A DNA stretch of 63,026 nt, filler included, from Diploschistes diacapsis (taxonomy: Eukaryota): the NCBI GenBank assembly GCA_023645945.1. It is 7 parts of 7 records of this genome, joined end to end, with 100 filler letters (N's around TTAATTAATTAA, not from the genome) between each part and the next. Parts side by side here need not be neighbours in the genome. Positions count along the whole stretch, not along the records: positions 9,042 to 17,977 come from JALAIB010001096.1; positions 18,078 to 27,012 come from JALAIB010001097.1; positions 27,113 to 36,035 come from JALAIB010001099.1; 4 more parts are not named here. One strand, written 5' to 3'. The notes below the pieces were generated by a model that was not told where the DNA came from, made no database searches, and worked only from the letters and a program-made list of their open reading frames with translations. Position 1 is the stretch's first letter. Each line of letters opens with the position of its first letter. The position numbers and the translations under genes are program-made. This document shows, in pieces, positions 15,031-27,491 of this stretch.

Positions 15031-15897
15031 AAATAATAATGAATTGCATATGCATGTGGCGCTCAGCGCGCCCCAGTGTGGCGTAAGTACAGTGAGACAG
15101 CTTATGATGGCGTTTCTATTTCGCCGGATGCTGTGCAGAAAGAGCTGGTGAAGATGGACAAGGCAGGGCATCTGGCGCCTGCCCCTGGCGCGAAGAGCGA
15201 GATTGGCCAAAGAAGGAAAAGGCCGCCAAAATAACGAGAGGGGTGGCGAAAGGCGGAACTTGAGCTACTATCGATGGATTGGGCTCTAGCGCCGATGGGT
15301 AGAAGGTCGCTGCTCGTAGGATAGAACGGGATGTCGACCTTTGAGCCAAGTGCCATTTAGGTTAATGTGTATACCTGAACTGCTATCACTGGTAAATTCG
15401 TTATATACTACAGAGATCTTGAATACAATCAACTGAGTCGAACCTTGAAAAGGGATTAGCCGCCTTCAACCCTTGGCACGCTTGTTGCTGGATCGTCTTT
15501 CTGAGCGGATGCTTCCTCATGCTGTAACTGAGTTATGTGAGTAATTCATTCAAGCACGATCGTTCCGCAAACAAGAAACGGCGGCCAGTCCCTCTCTCAT
15601 ACCAATACAATAAGAACGGGCGCGACAGTATCCGAAGCGATTAAAATAAACACGCCATACTCCGTTCAAAGGTATTTCTCCCTCTTTTCATGCCAAGAAT
15701 GGCGGTATCGGACTCTCGGCTTGGGGTTTCTTATTGCAGTAATTCTCGGACTTAAGCGGGACGCTTTTCGTCTATTAGAAGAACGAACTCTTAAAGACAA
15801 AATCGTCTTACGGATTCACACTTCTATCAAAGTAGTACTCTTTACAAGCTCAGTGCATACTGACGAGGTTTATTCGCACTCTTTAAACCACACTATC

Positions 15898-17442
15898 ATG
15901 TCAGCAGCTACCCCAGTGTTGAGGCAAGCCTCGCGACTTTGCTCTCGCCGCCTCTCTTCATCCATCCTCCGCACATCGCCACACCACCTCTCCAGACACC
16001 CCCTCGCCCCAGCACAATCACATTGCCGCGGCTACGTCTCCCCCTCGCAACCTTCTCAAGCAACAGCCGCCACCATCGATACAGCCATCAAAGCCGACCG
16101 AAATGCCTTCATCGGCCAAACAGGCCAATCTCCATCCTCTGTCAAACTACCTGGGTCCGTGCTGTCGGGCGACACCGCCATGTCGCCCGTCGCCAGCATC
16201 CTCAAGCAAGCCACCATCATGGACGAAGGCACGCGGCCAATATATCTCGACATGCAAGCCACGACACCCACCGACCCCCGCGTTCTTGACGCCATGCTCC
16301 CCTTCATGACGGGCCTCTACGGGAACCCGCACTCCCGAACTCACGCGTACGGATGGGAGACGGAGAAAGCTACCGAAAAAGCCCGAGAGCACGTTGCAAC
16401 CCTTATCGGCGCTGACCCGAAAGAAATCATTTTCACGAGCGGAGCAACGGAGAGCAACAACATGTCACTGAAAGGCGTGGCGAGATTTTTCGGAAGGGGC
16501 GGGAAGAAGAGACACATCATCACGACGCAGACGGAGCACAAGTGCGTGCTAGATTCTGCCAGGCATCTGCAGGAGGAAGGATTTGAGGTTACGTATCTGC
16601 CGGTGCAGAAGAATGGACTGGTCGATCTCGCGGAGCTAGAGGCGGCGATGAGGCCGGACACCGCGCTCGTAAGCATCATGACGGTTAACAACGAGATCGG
16701 CGTGATCCAGCCCATGGCGGAGATCGGCAAGCTGTGCCGGAGCCGGAAGATTTTCTTCCACACGGACGCCGCGCAGGCGGTGGGCAAGATTGCCGTCGAC
16801 GTCGATGCGTGGAACGTCGACTTGATGAGCATATCCGGTCACAAGATCTACGGGCCCAAGGGCATCGGCGCATGCTACGTCCGTCGCCGGCCACGCGTTC
16901 GGATCGACCCGATCATCAGCGGCGGCGGGCAGGAAAGAGGTCTACGCAGCGGCACCCTGAGCCCGGCACTGGTCGTCGGCTTCGGCGAAGCATGCCGCAT
17001 CGCCGCAGACGAAATGGCGTACGATTCTGCGCGCATCACGGCCCTGAGCAAGCGCCTCCTCACCGGCCTCTTGTCTCTCGAGCACACGACGCAGAACGGC
17101 GACCCGGCAGCGCACTACCCGGGCTGCGTCAACGTGTCGTTCGCGTACGTCGAGGGCGAGTCGCTGCTCATGGCGCTCAAGGACATTGCGCTGTCGAGCG
17201 GGTCCGCGTGCACCAGCGCCTCGCTGGAGCCGAGCTACGTGCTGCGCGCGCTGGGCAGCAGCGACGAGAGCGCGCACTCGAGCATTCGCTTCGGGATCGG
17301 GCGGTTCACGACGGACGACGAGATTGAGTACGTGCTCAAGGCGGTGAGGGAGAGGGTCAGTTTTTTGAGGGAGCTGAGTCCGCTTTGGGAGCTGGTGCAG
17401 GAGGGGGTGCCGTTGGAGAGTATCGAGTGGAGTCAGCATTAG
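15898..17442 (+). CDS. NFS1: Mitochondrial cysteine desulfurase Nfs1 (intronless)
   Basis: R/S-rich presequence from ATG 15898, [22 protein letters not shown]-lysine motif [10 protein letters not shown], catalytic SSGSACTS, C-terminal IEWSQH. Confidence 0.98.
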   Translation: MSAATPVLRQASRLCSRRLSSSILRTSPHHLSRHPLAPAQSHCRGYVSPSQPSQATAATIDTAIKADRNAFIGQTGQSPSSVKLPGSVLSGDTAMSPVASILKQATIMDEGTRPIYLDMQATTPTDPRVLDAMLPFMTGLYGNPHSRTHAYGWETEKATEKAREHVATLIGADPKEIIFTSGATESNNMSLKGVARFFGRGGKKRHIITTQTEHKCVLDSARHLQEEGFEVTYLPVQKNGLVDLAELEAAMRPDTALVSIMTVNNEIGVIQPMAEIGKLCRSRKIFFHTDAAQAVGKIAVDVDAWNVDLMSISGHKIYGPKGIGACYVRRRPRVRIDPIISGGGQERGLRSGTLSPALVVGFGEACRIAADEMAYDSARITALSKRLLTGLLSLEHTTQNGDPAAHYPGCVNVSFAYVEGESLLMALKDIALSSGSACTSASLEPSYVLRALGSSDESAHSSIRFGIGRFTTDDEIEYVLKAVRERVSFLRELSPLWELVQEGVPLESIEWSQH

Positions 17443-17977
17443 TTATAGGGGAGAGGGCTGAGGGGGAGTGGTGGAATGAGGCAATGGGAGCGAGAAGCCA
17501 GGACGGAAGGGAGGAAGGAAGGACGCAAAGCAGGATAGGAGAGAAAGTGAGAGAGAAGATGGTAGCGCAGGAGGACGGTATGCAAGGCTATACGGTGGCT
17601 TGAGTGACAATGGCTCTGGCGCTCATCCCTCGAGCTCTTGTGGGCAGCATACACCTGTTGCATGGATTGCATATTTGTTTCCTTTTTTGTATACCTACTA
17701 TACACATCCGTCCCGTAACTTTGTCGGGAATGATATGACTGCTACGGCCTATTCCCTTCCTTTTCTTCATTCGCTACTACAGTATACATGTCGGCACACT
17801 CCTCTGATACTTCCACGCGCCCACCCCAGATAATTCCACGCTTCGACACTGGCTTACGCGCTAACAGTTGTTCTAGCCATGCCCTGATGATGTGCACATA
17901 TGCCGGCCATATTCGTCAAAACCCAGCCTCTAAATACAGGGCAAGTTGCACGGTACCGCTCGCACTCGGACCTTATC

Positions 17978-18077
17978 NNNNNNNNNNNNNNNNNNNNNNN
18001 NNNNNNNNNNNNNNNNNNNNNTTAATTAATTAANNNNNNNNNNNNNNNNNNNNNNNNNNNNNNNNNNNNNNNNNNNN
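17978..18077. other. Artificial contig-joining spacer
   Basis: N44-TTAATTAATTAA-N44. Confidence 0.99.
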
Positions 18078-19019
18078 CCCCATCCCATCCCTTCCCCTCC
18101 CCTCAACCTCCAAAAAGCTAAGAGGGCTGTGAGACAGGACACAGGACTCAAGAGTCCTCCCCAAGTATCTACCAACACACTCAAGAATGTAAGGGGTAGG
18201 AGGTTTCGAGTGCTCCCCCAGCAGATGCTTATGCGAGAATATGTTGTTCAGACCGTGACGCGCGTGGGGACGTGCAGGGAGGACCAGTAGACGGAGATTG
18301 GTTCGGGATGTGGCTAAGGATATATAGACTGGGTAGGGATTTTTGGGATTTTGGACATAGAGCTGGTGTGTGTGGGTTCGGATATAGATGCAGGTGCGAA
18401 CATGCGTCTTCGATATGGATTGGTAAAAGTGGGAGGATGAGGATAGATACCTATACCCTGTGTGCTGTCAGAGCAAGGGAAGGGGGAGTAGAGCATGGCA
18501 GGGAAAAGGCGTAGTATGAGCGGAGGTCGAGGTGGATAATAGCATAGAAAGGGGGGAGAGATTACGGAGGCGAAGACACATATTCCCAGCGGCGAAGGCA
18601 GGGCAAGCATGAGTATTGTTAAAGTTTTTTTTTGATTTCTCGACCATGGTTCTAGTCCTTTGTCAGACTAGCTACTTGGATTCTGACTGGCATCTCGCAG
18701 CTAGCCATGGTTTCTCGGCTATCCACGAATCCGTTCCTTCAATTGGCATCACAGCGGCAGCCTTTTTTTTCTTTCCAACAACCACCTCAGCGACTCACCA
18801 ACCACGTCCGCAAACTCGCTTCATTAATCCAATTACCACACTCCCTGCACAGCCAGCGCTGGAACATGTCCACAGCTCATAAGCCGCTCAAGAATAATAT
18901 ACTATCAAAAGAGGAATGCATTAGGAAAGAAGCGAAGAGATTGTACAATGGCGTGAGCTCGCTCTTAGATGCAGCGAGGGGAAAACGTAATACTTGGCAG
19001 TTCATTATCCCAAAGATAT

Positions 19020-19808
19020 CTAGAGCATGAACACGGCAGCGGCGAAGACACCGAGACCGGCACCGAGCTGAGCCTTGAGTACGGCACCGCCGGCCGTCGA
19101 CGGAACAGAGGCGGATGAGCTGGAGGCAGGCGTAGAGGAGCCAGCACCGGAGCCGGTGGCAGTCACGCTGCCGGCGGAGAGACCGGTGGCGGTCGAGGCA
19201 GCAGTCAGAGTCTGGCTGTAGAAGGTAGTGTTGTGGTGCAGAGCGGTGCCGGTGCCGGCGCTCGATGCGGTGCCAGTAAGAATGGCGGTGACGGAAACCT
19301 TGGTTGTGGCAGTCGTGACATTAGCGGCAGCTGTGGTGCTGGGGGCAATCGTAGTGATCGGGATGGTGGTTGAACCACCGACGGCGACAATGGTGGTGGA
19401 AACGGCGGCCTGGCCACCAAGGACGGAGAAGAAGCCGGAGTAGTTGGTCGTGTCCTCGCCCTGGGAAATCTCGAGCGCATAGTCGGTGGCCGGTGGGATG
19501 GAAGAAGAGGGGGTCCAGGTGTAGGAGTTGCCGGAGGCGTCACCTTCACGTGTCGTTAGCCATTGCGCACAGACTTGCTGCACATTGTAAAACTTACCAG
19601 TGATGATGGCGATGGTGGCCAAGTTATTCGGGTCGGGACCCTGGCGGAGAGTGAGGGTCACATGGCCACCGTTGCCTCCAGTCCAAGAGATGGTGGAGGA
19701 CTGTCCGACTTGCGCATTGGCGGGAGTCTGGGTGAACTGAAGCGCGTTCTGGGCTTGAGCGAGGGCGGCGAATGCGCACGCGGCAACTGCCAACATCTTT
19801 CCAAACAT
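19020..19808 (-). CDS. Ser/Thr-rich GPI-anchored cell-wall protein with Kre9/Knh1-like N-terminal domain; intron 19597-19544
   Basis: Signal peptide MFGKMLAVAACAFAALAQA, TISWTGG..VTLTLRQG..SYTWTP..YALEI..NYSGFFSV, S/T/A-rich stalk, hydrophobic C-terminal GPI signal. Confidence 0.88.
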   Translation of the reverse strand: MFGKMLAVAACAFAALAQAQNALQFTQTPANAQVGQSSTISWTGGNGGHVTLTLRQGPDPNNLATIAIITGKFYNVQQVCAQWLTTREGDASGNSYTWTPSSSIPPATDYALEISQGEDTTNYSGFFSVLGGQAAVSTTIVAVGGSTTIPITTIAPSTTAAANVTTATTKVSVTAILTGTASSAGTGTALHHNTTFYSQTLTAASTATGLSAGSVTATGSGAGSSTPASSSSASVPSTAGGAVLKAQLGAGLGVFAAAVFML

Positions 19809-21249
19809 TTTGCTGGATATCTCTCTAATATTCAAAAAGTATGACTGGTGGACAACAGGTAGTAGGTTATTAGATGGCTTTGTAATTTGCAAATAAAGGA
19901 GTGACTAGTTTGTAAAAGAGTGGCAGTCCAGAAGGACAGAATCGACAGTGAGCGGGCAACAGGGAAATTTGTCGAGTGCGTGTTGTGCTGTAAAGAAGAA
20001 AAAAGGGAAGGAGGACGAGGGCGTTGGGAGGTAGATGAGGAAAACGGGAAATTTGGGGCAGGTCGAAGCGGCTGCAAGCTCAAGCTCTCCCGGGGACTCA
20101 GACTCAAACTCAAACTAGGGTCAGTCACACAGAGTCACAGCACGGCTGATGGGGGAGATTTTCTGCTTGTTAAATTCTCTATGGAGCCAGCCCCGTGTGG
20201 GAGCAGCAAGACTCCTCCTTCCTTTCAGCTCCCGGCTCCAGCTTCAGCTTAATTTAAGAACAGAGGCGCACGCTGAGTGGGATTTTGGGGAAAAGGGCGG
20301 GTTACACAGTATTTCATTTAAGCGGAGGGAGCTTGGGGGTCAGTTCCGGAGATGAGGTTGATTAACCTCATCTGGGGAAAGGTGTCAATGGCGTAGGCTC
20401 AGCAACAGCCAACCACAAGCCATACAAGCACGGAGCTTGACCAGAAGCTAATCTCTGTCTCCCCCGCAATAGAAATCAATCACATAGACCTTCGATAGCA
20501 GCGTAAAAAGATGGGTCACACGCTACTACCAGCCACACTTACCACTTCATATAACAACAATATAGTACGGAAAGCACTTGCTGCTTTCTGCTCTGTCCGT
20601 CCAAATGCTAGTGGAGAAGAGATCTTTCTCCTAACAAGCAGTGAGAGCGGCTCGCATATACTATCAATTGAGTAAAAGTACCTCGTACCTGAACAGTGAT
20701 GTAATAGCGCGTCGTGCCTGACCTGACACTTGTTGCATTGCAGATGCAAATGGGGGGCACAAGATGAAAATGAGGATGCACTGGGGGGGGCACGTTACAA
20801 CAAACAGTGATTCTCACCAGTTTTACCCAAACATCAGTACTATATAGGCAATTGAAGGGAACTTTTTCCTGGAACTCTACAGTTCCTCCTCAGCCTCTCT
20901 CTTTTTAGTCTTGGACCACTGTGGCCTTTACACGTTATACACACGTAATGGGATGGAATGAATGGGGCATGTAGTTTTACCGGGTGCGAAACAGCGAGGA
21001 TCCGCGCCCCAAGTTGTGGTAACACGAGGTTGCTCTTTCTGGCTCGCTTGTGTCCACCACCCCATTTTTTCACCATGCCCTTCTGCTTGGCGAGGATTGT
21101 AAACCTAGATGCGAGCTGCACTATCGTTACCCTTGCTCATTCTCATCAGCTATCATCCAATCAGTAAATGTATCGACCAGCACGCTTTGCCAAGCAGAGG
21201 TGCCAAACTCGCACTCCGACTGGGTATGTTTGCTCCGCTTCCAGGAACT

Positions 21250-23667
21250 TCAGTCCTCGATATCATCATCATCATGTTGTGCGTACTTGTGAGTAGTCAT
21301 GTACCGCGCATTCAGAGCAACGCTGGCCTGCTCTGCATCTCCGGACGCCTTCGTCCGCTTTCTGCGAGTCGCGTTGTTGAAGCCCTTTCCAATTCTCAGA
21401 GCATCGACTTCGTCTTGCTCCCGCTCGCCTCCATAGCGTGCCGGCTTGGTGAAGATAACTTTTCCGTGCTCCGTACCTTTCTTTCCTGCTCGTAGCGTAC
21501 TTCCCTTTTCAGCCACCAACCACGACCTATCGTCGGCCCCGTCAATGAACTCAAAACTGTCTTTCTCTGTATGATTTCCATTTGTAGCTTTGTTGCTCTT
21601 AATGGACTCATCACTTTCATCTTTGGGCCAAAGCGCCAGAGGGTCTGTGCTTGAGCTTCTTGCTTGCGGTTCGGTAGCCAGAGTCTTGATGGGACTTCGC
21701 GGTGGGAGAGATTCCGGATCGATTGGCAAGCTCCGGAGGGGCGTCTCAACAGGCGAGCATGAGACCTGCACTGCGATTGAACTGAACGACCGAGCGCTCG
21801 AGGATGCTCGATCACGCGGGGGAAGAGTACAGCCGGGCTCGGGGGGGGCCTGCGGCCGGACCGTTGCTGTTTCGAATTGCATTCCGTGGACTGCTGCAGA
21901 TCGCCGGACCGCATCGTCGCCAAGAACAAACGCGCGCCATACTTTATCTTGCTCCTCGAATGATTGTGAACCAGACACGGTCTCGACTCTTGCGGCTCGA
22001 AGGGGGCTGTCTCCAGATTCTTGCTCTGCCGTATAGGCTGCATGATTCTCTGGCGGCGCCTTCTCTGCGTCTCCAGCAGGCCTAAAGGTGTAACTATGCT
22101 TTACCATGTTAATAGTCCGTCCATCGAAGTCGGCATTTCCCACCAAGGTATACCTCCTCTCCTCTTCGACATCCGCAGGAGAATGTACTATGCTTGCAAC
22201 TGGTGAGCTTTGATTCTCTTCTATCACATAGGCCGCGTCAACCATGATGGAGCTCTTTGGAGCTTCTTCCGCCCCGACGCTACCTTTTTCTCGAAGGTGA
22301 CTATAACCTTGGCTCTCCTCAATGCTATCCGTGGTATTTGCAATAGTGCTCCCTCTACCTGTTCTCGCTGAGCACTGAAGGACTTCATGAGCGGGAGCCG
22401 TTGAGGACGTGGTACATCGATTGGGTGATTCGTTGGTAGGCCAGGATATGACCATTGTTGGAGAGATACCTTCTCGCGTGCGGAAACGTACTCGCTCTGG
22501 GGTCAATTGAGGGTGGGAGGCTTCGAACCACTGTTCTGCATTCTGCGTTAATTCGATGTGCGCCTGTTGAGGCATGTCACTCAAAGCCTGCAGACTTCCC
22601 AGACGTGGACTCTCTGACGCCTGGTAGCTGAAGGCCGATGGCTCGGTTGCAGGGCTGGCACATGTTCCTGGTTGCTCCTCGAAGTCACCACAATATTGTC
22701 GTTGCCGGATAATCTGGGTATTGCAATGGGCCGGAGCATACGGAGAACAGCGACGGTCCATCCCTTGAAAGTCACGGGCGTGTGACGTCCGATTATACGC
22801 AGAAGCAGGGCTCGAGTCCATGAGCATTTCCTCAGGAGTCACAAAGGCATGTGCTGATGAGCAGAACTCAAATTGTGGCATGGACGTTCGTGTCATTTGG
22901 CTGCCATGGATCTGCGTCCCATGCCGGACGCTGATTGTCTCCACCTGTTGGCGATTGCGGCTCGGCGAAGAAAGGGTGTGTGCGCGGCCTTTGGTGAGTT
23001 TATTCCGACATTGTTGTTTGAGTCTTGCCAAGTCATCTGCGTCAAGTTTGCGGCGCCTAGCGGTTCTTTTTCGGTCTTGTTGGCTAGGGAAAGTGATCCG
23101 CAATGGCCGAACGGCCACAGAACCAAGCCAGTCAGTTCTTCTTAGAAGTTGCTGCCTCTTTTGTTCAATAACTTTGTTCTCATTACATGGGTTGCTCTTG
23201 TTGGGTCCCTCATCTCTAGCGTAGTGAGTGTGTTTCATTTTCTTTTTGGCTGGAGCAATGTGAATGTCTTGATGTCCTCTCCACTTCGTTCGTGGCTTGC
23301 TTTCATGTTGTATGGTCTGTGAGTAGGGTGAATAGGCAGAAAGATCTTCTGGTCCCGGACTCTGTGCTTCGATTTGCCTGGTAGAGCATTTGTTCAGTAT
23401 TGAGTCTCTGAGCACTGAACTTGCTCCGATCTTCTGGGCAGTCGAGCGTGGACTCTCTGTGTTTTCGTTCGCTGAAACATGCAACTGAGAAGGCTTCACA
23501 CTCTGGCCAGCATTTCCACCATTGCAAAAAGGAAAGTCAAGCGGTGGTCTCGGAGCTTCATCATTCAACAGTCTAGCCCTTGCCTTTGCAAAGTAAGCCT
23601 TCTGCTGAGCAGAGAGCCCTCCTTTTGTTCGCCTGGACTGTTGCAGGCGACCTCCAGTCCAATTCAT
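21250..23667 (-). CDS. 805-aa mostly disordered protein with conserved N-terminal MNWTGG..QKAYFAKAR motif; probable HEIP1/REDIC1 (C12orf40)-like protein
   Basis: Long uninterrupted ORF starting at ATG 23667 (MNWTGGRLQQSRR). The N-terminal motif resembles the recalled C12orf40 start MNWVGGSR..QKEYF. The CDS is solid; the functional call is tentative. Confidence 0.6.
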   Translation of the reverse strand: MNWTGGRLQQSRRTKGGLSAQQKAYFAKARARLLNDEAPRPPLDFPFCNGGNAGQSVKPSQLHVSANENTESPRSTAQKIGASSVLRDSILNKCSTRQIEAQSPGPEDLSAYSPYSQTIQHESKPRTKWRGHQDIHIAPAKKKMKHTHYARDEGPNKSNPCNENKVIEQKRQQLLRRTDWLGSVAVRPLRITFPSQQDRKRTARRRKLDADDLARLKQQCRNKLTKGRAHTLSSPSRNRQQVETISVRHGTQIHGSQMTRTSMPQFEFCSSAHAFVTPEEMLMDSSPASAYNRTSHARDFQGMDRRCSPYAPAHCNTQIIRQRQYCGDFEEQPGTCASPATEPSAFSYQASESPRLGSLQALSDMPQQAHIELTQNAEQWFEASHPQLTPERVRFRTREGISPTMVISWPTNESPNRCTTSSTAPAHEVLQCSARTGRGSTIANTTDSIEESQGYSHLREKGSVGAEEAPKSSIMVDAAYVIEENQSSPVASIVHSPADVEEERRYTLVGNADFDGRTINMVKHSYTFRPAGDAEKAPPENHAAYTAEQESGDSPLRAARVETVSGSQSFEEQDKVWRAFVLGDDAVRRSAAVHGMQFETATVRPQAPPEPGCTLPPRDRASSSARSFSSIAVQVSCSPVETPLRSLPIDPESLPPRSPIKTLATEPQARSSSTDPLALWPKDESDESIKSNKATNGNHTEKDSFEFIDGADDRSWLVAEKGSTLRAGKKGTEHGKVIFTKPARYGGEREQDEVDALRIGKGFNNATRRKRTKASGDAEQASVALNARYMTTHKYAQHDDDDIED

Positions 23668-26600
23668 ATTTGATGGTAGACAAGAAAAACCATGCTGTAG
23701 GTGAAGGCATGCTTGGAAACTATACAAATAGGAAATGAAGTGTGAGATATGTCCTTACGCGCAAAGGGTTAAGGAGAAGTTCTAAACATCACTGGGAATT
23801 GCTGGAGCAAATCCAAGCAGTAATAGGGCACAAGAAGATGGGGAGGAGTAGCAACTAGAAAGGCCTGGTGAGCTAGCTAGCCTTGTTAGGAGTACGAAAC
23901 CCTAGTTTAGCGACTGCTAAGGGGGGCGACTCCAGAGGGACTATATATTTTGTATGTATTTGGTACCTCCGTAAGTTCGTAAGTCGCTCATGATGGAGAG
24001 ACTCGAGATCAGACAATACGTACGTGTACTGTCCTTGAGCATGAGTGTGCCGGGGGCGCGCAAGCTTATTTTTTACATCGTTCCTCAAGTTATCACCCAA
24101 GAAGAACGTACCTACCGCGAGAAGCTCGCTCCGAACACTTTGTTACTCTTACTCCGTATGGACTCTCTCTCGCCACGCCGCACCCCTAATCGCTGTATGC
24201 TTGAAGCCCCCCAATCATTACGCAACCGCGCATGCGGCGGATCAAAAGATAAGAGCGGACTTCTGATTTGCTACGGCTGTATATCTAGAGAACAGGGAGG
24301 GTATTTTCCAGGAGCCAGATTGGCATGCTCTAGCGATTGGCACCTGCGTGGGCAAGGAACATTTGCGGAGATCATGCCAGTGCTGACTCACCCTGCAGGT
24401 GCCGTGTATATATTTGTAAGGTAAGAAAGCTTGTTAGATCCGGGGGGCTTCTCCAATTTGTATATTTGCTGCTCTGTGTACAAGGGGCTCTTTCGCGCAG
24501 ATTGTGATGTTGTAGTCTTCCTTGCTTTGTTTCGATTTGGGTTGCATTATAACAGGCGAGTGCCATCCGAGAGATTAGAGAACGTGCTTCAGCGCCTTCC
24601 ATACTAATGATAAACATACCTGGCTTCCGAGGAGCCTAATGGCTTCACGGCTTGAATCCGGGGTAGGATTGCGGAACCGTATAGTAGTAATCACGAACTA
24701 TGAAAGATTCTCGTGGAGAGCAAGTTGATCCTGATAGGCGATTTCGGATGGCTCTAGAACCCAGGCCAGTACACCTTCTGCCTAGGACATGCAGAAGCCG
24801 ATTCCAGCTTAGGAATATCGGAAACCCCTAAAGGTTTCGTACGACTCCTCAATGACAGGCGGTTATGACAAATGGTCCTCGAAAGGAATAGTCTTCAAAA
24901 CTGTCTTGAGCAGCCACCTTGGCATTTTTGAAGGGTAATTCGTTTACTGTCCGCAAGTACATATGCAGGTCCATACACCACCCTCTGAAAAGGAAAACGA
25001 GGCTACGGCAAGTCGGACCCTCTGTGAGGCCAGCCCTCCGAATTCTCATCCACTTTGAAACAATTGTAAAGAAGACATTGAATGGAACGTGCAGGAATAG
25101 TCTCAGTTACCGAAGCACGTAGATGGCAGAAATGAGCAGTATTTTCAAGCTCAGGCTCAGCAGGTGGCTGATATTAGTTGATCCAGGGAGCAACCAGTCA
25201 TAAATCTGCATCATTGCCCTGTATGTCCTTGTTGTATGCTCTGCGGCTCGTAATGAAAGCCGGATCTGCAGGCTTGATGGTATCAAAGCGGCTGCTTAAA
25301 CTCCTGGGGCCTTCGCTGCTCTGCAAGTGGCGGAAAAGCTATTGCAGCTAGGGTTTTGATTGGCAATTGCTTTCTGCACGATGCAGTTCATACGAAGGGA
25401 CAGGCAAGCACCACGCTGGCGCTTCTCAGATGGTGTAAAAAGAAATCCTGTTGGCAGTGTTACATCATCCGAAGGGTAGCAGTAACTCGATTGTAACTGA
25501 TGTGGCAAGGTGATGGAAGTTCCAGGGAGCTGCAGGCAAAGAAAAAAGTGGTAATCCACGTCAACAATCGATTTCCAAGTCAGCTACAAGAGAGCCCCTA
25601 GCCAGGAAAGGACAGCCTCGACGTACCTCCTCAGCAGAAAGGCTCATTGAAGGGTCGCCACTCTTCAACAGCAACGTTGCACATCCTGCTTCCCTTGCCC
25701 CAGAGGTGCAGGTACGAGCGTTGAAAGCGATGTACCATGTGCTCTGTAAGGAGCCTTGGGAAGAAGTCATGGATCAACAGCTTGAAGAATTCTGGCTCGG
25801 TCGCATTGCCTTGGCAGAGATGCAGGATTGCCCCCATCTCGCCCAATCCGCTTCCGCTTGATTTGTTGAACTAGTATACCCCAACCGAATTCAAATTCAG
25901 CGGCCATTCAGCAGTCCACAGCTGCTGATAAAGACGGATAGCTCATGCATGATCTTGTCATCGCGGCGGCGAGTGTGTTCAAGCTCGGCTTAAGGCACAG
26001 TACAGATGCGCTGCCTTGACCAACTTAAGCACAATTTGCATGATCCTATGCCTCGGTCAGTTCAATCGCGAGCAAGTCGCAACAGGGAGGTGCAGCAATG
26101 GATGAAGGCCGCAAAGCACCACACGTTCGCTCTCTTGGGGATGTTGGAGAGGTTTACGGAGAAACGACCGGGCGGCGAGCGAGCGGGACTAGCGAGCTCT
26201 TGGTCTTGGATGCAAGCAGCTTTCCTGCATTTTCTCAACACATGTGGCATATCGGCCAGAGGGTAGGGTAGTGTAGTGCAACGTTGAACTGCAAGAGAGC
26301 TCGAGACGAGCAAACATGAGATGATCCAAACCTCGTCCATCAATTAATCAATCAATCAGCCAAGCCTTAGCATGGTTCCTTCTGCCTCCTGTGGAATGCA
26401 TTATGCCACGTAAGGCCAATAGAACTCGAGGCATTTTTTTGCTTTGCGGAATACTGGAGTCTTCGCCCTCCACTAACATCCGGGCCATCCAAACCAAGGC
26501 AGCATCCTCTGGCGGCGTATTGCTCAATATCGTCCTGGAGAAGCAAGCAATCAGGAGAGGCCTATAATATTGCCCTAATATTGCTCTAGCTCAGTGATTT

Positions 26601-27012
26601 GATTCGAGCGACTCCGCTTTGTCTTGGTGAGCTTTGACCTCGAAAGTGAAACCAGCGCTGCTTGCAGGAGAGCTTCATGACAAGCTATGGCGCCGCCAGT
26701 CGTTTATGAAGAACCCAACGAACAGATACGGCTACTCTCGGGCAAGAGCAGGTCTTCGCTGTTCGGGAATGGCGGTCGTAGGAGCTGTATGATTTTTCGG
26801 GAGAAATCTCGTATCTTCTTCACAAATAAGCCCTCCAGCAACAGCAGCAGCAGCAGCAGTAGTATTATGCACTTAATCTTGACCCCAATAGGTGGGACCT
26901 TTTCGCCGTACAAAATGACAGCTACCAGCGGGCGGAGGAAATGCCGAATGCTGTCCGGATAACGAGGTGGAAATTCTGCCCGTCACACAGGATAAACCGA
27001 GCACGCCCACCC

Positions 27013-27112
27013 NNNNNNNNNNNNNNNNNNNNNNNNNNNNNNNNNNNNNNNNNNNNTTAATTAATTAANNNNNNNNNNNNNNNNNNNNNNNNNNNNNNNN
27101 NNNNNNNNNNNN
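27013..27112. other. Artificial contig-joining spacer
   Basis: N44-TTAATTAATTAA-N44. Confidence 0.99.
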
Positions 27113-27491
27113 GATCAGGAGGATCTGTTGGGAGGGAAAGAGGAGGGTGGATGTTTTGCGTGTAAGCACGGAAGATAGCAGGGAGGTGGGGGTGTCTTCT
27201 CCATGCAAATAAAGAGGGAAGATGGGTCGAGCTGCGTAGCAGGGCCCGGGAAGAGGCTGGCGCGGCATCGAGATAAAATGCAGGTGCCAGCGCATTCCTG
27301 ATCAATGTCGGGGAACCAGTTATTCTCAGATGCGTGGCTTGAGAAAGATGTTTTTTCATCTTGGAGTAACCGCTGGCATGCCGCATTCATCGACGGCAAC
27401 TATACGGTCTTATATAAGCACACATGTGCACGAACTCGAGGTACCTAGAGGTTGAGCCTGTATCAAGAAAGTCCTATCTGAACAGCTACCG

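Noticed and set aside
15721..15897. 59-aa N-terminal extension of NFS1 in the ORF track
   Set aside because: It starts at TTG. ATG 15898 begins a typical mitochondrial presequence and is the more plausible start.
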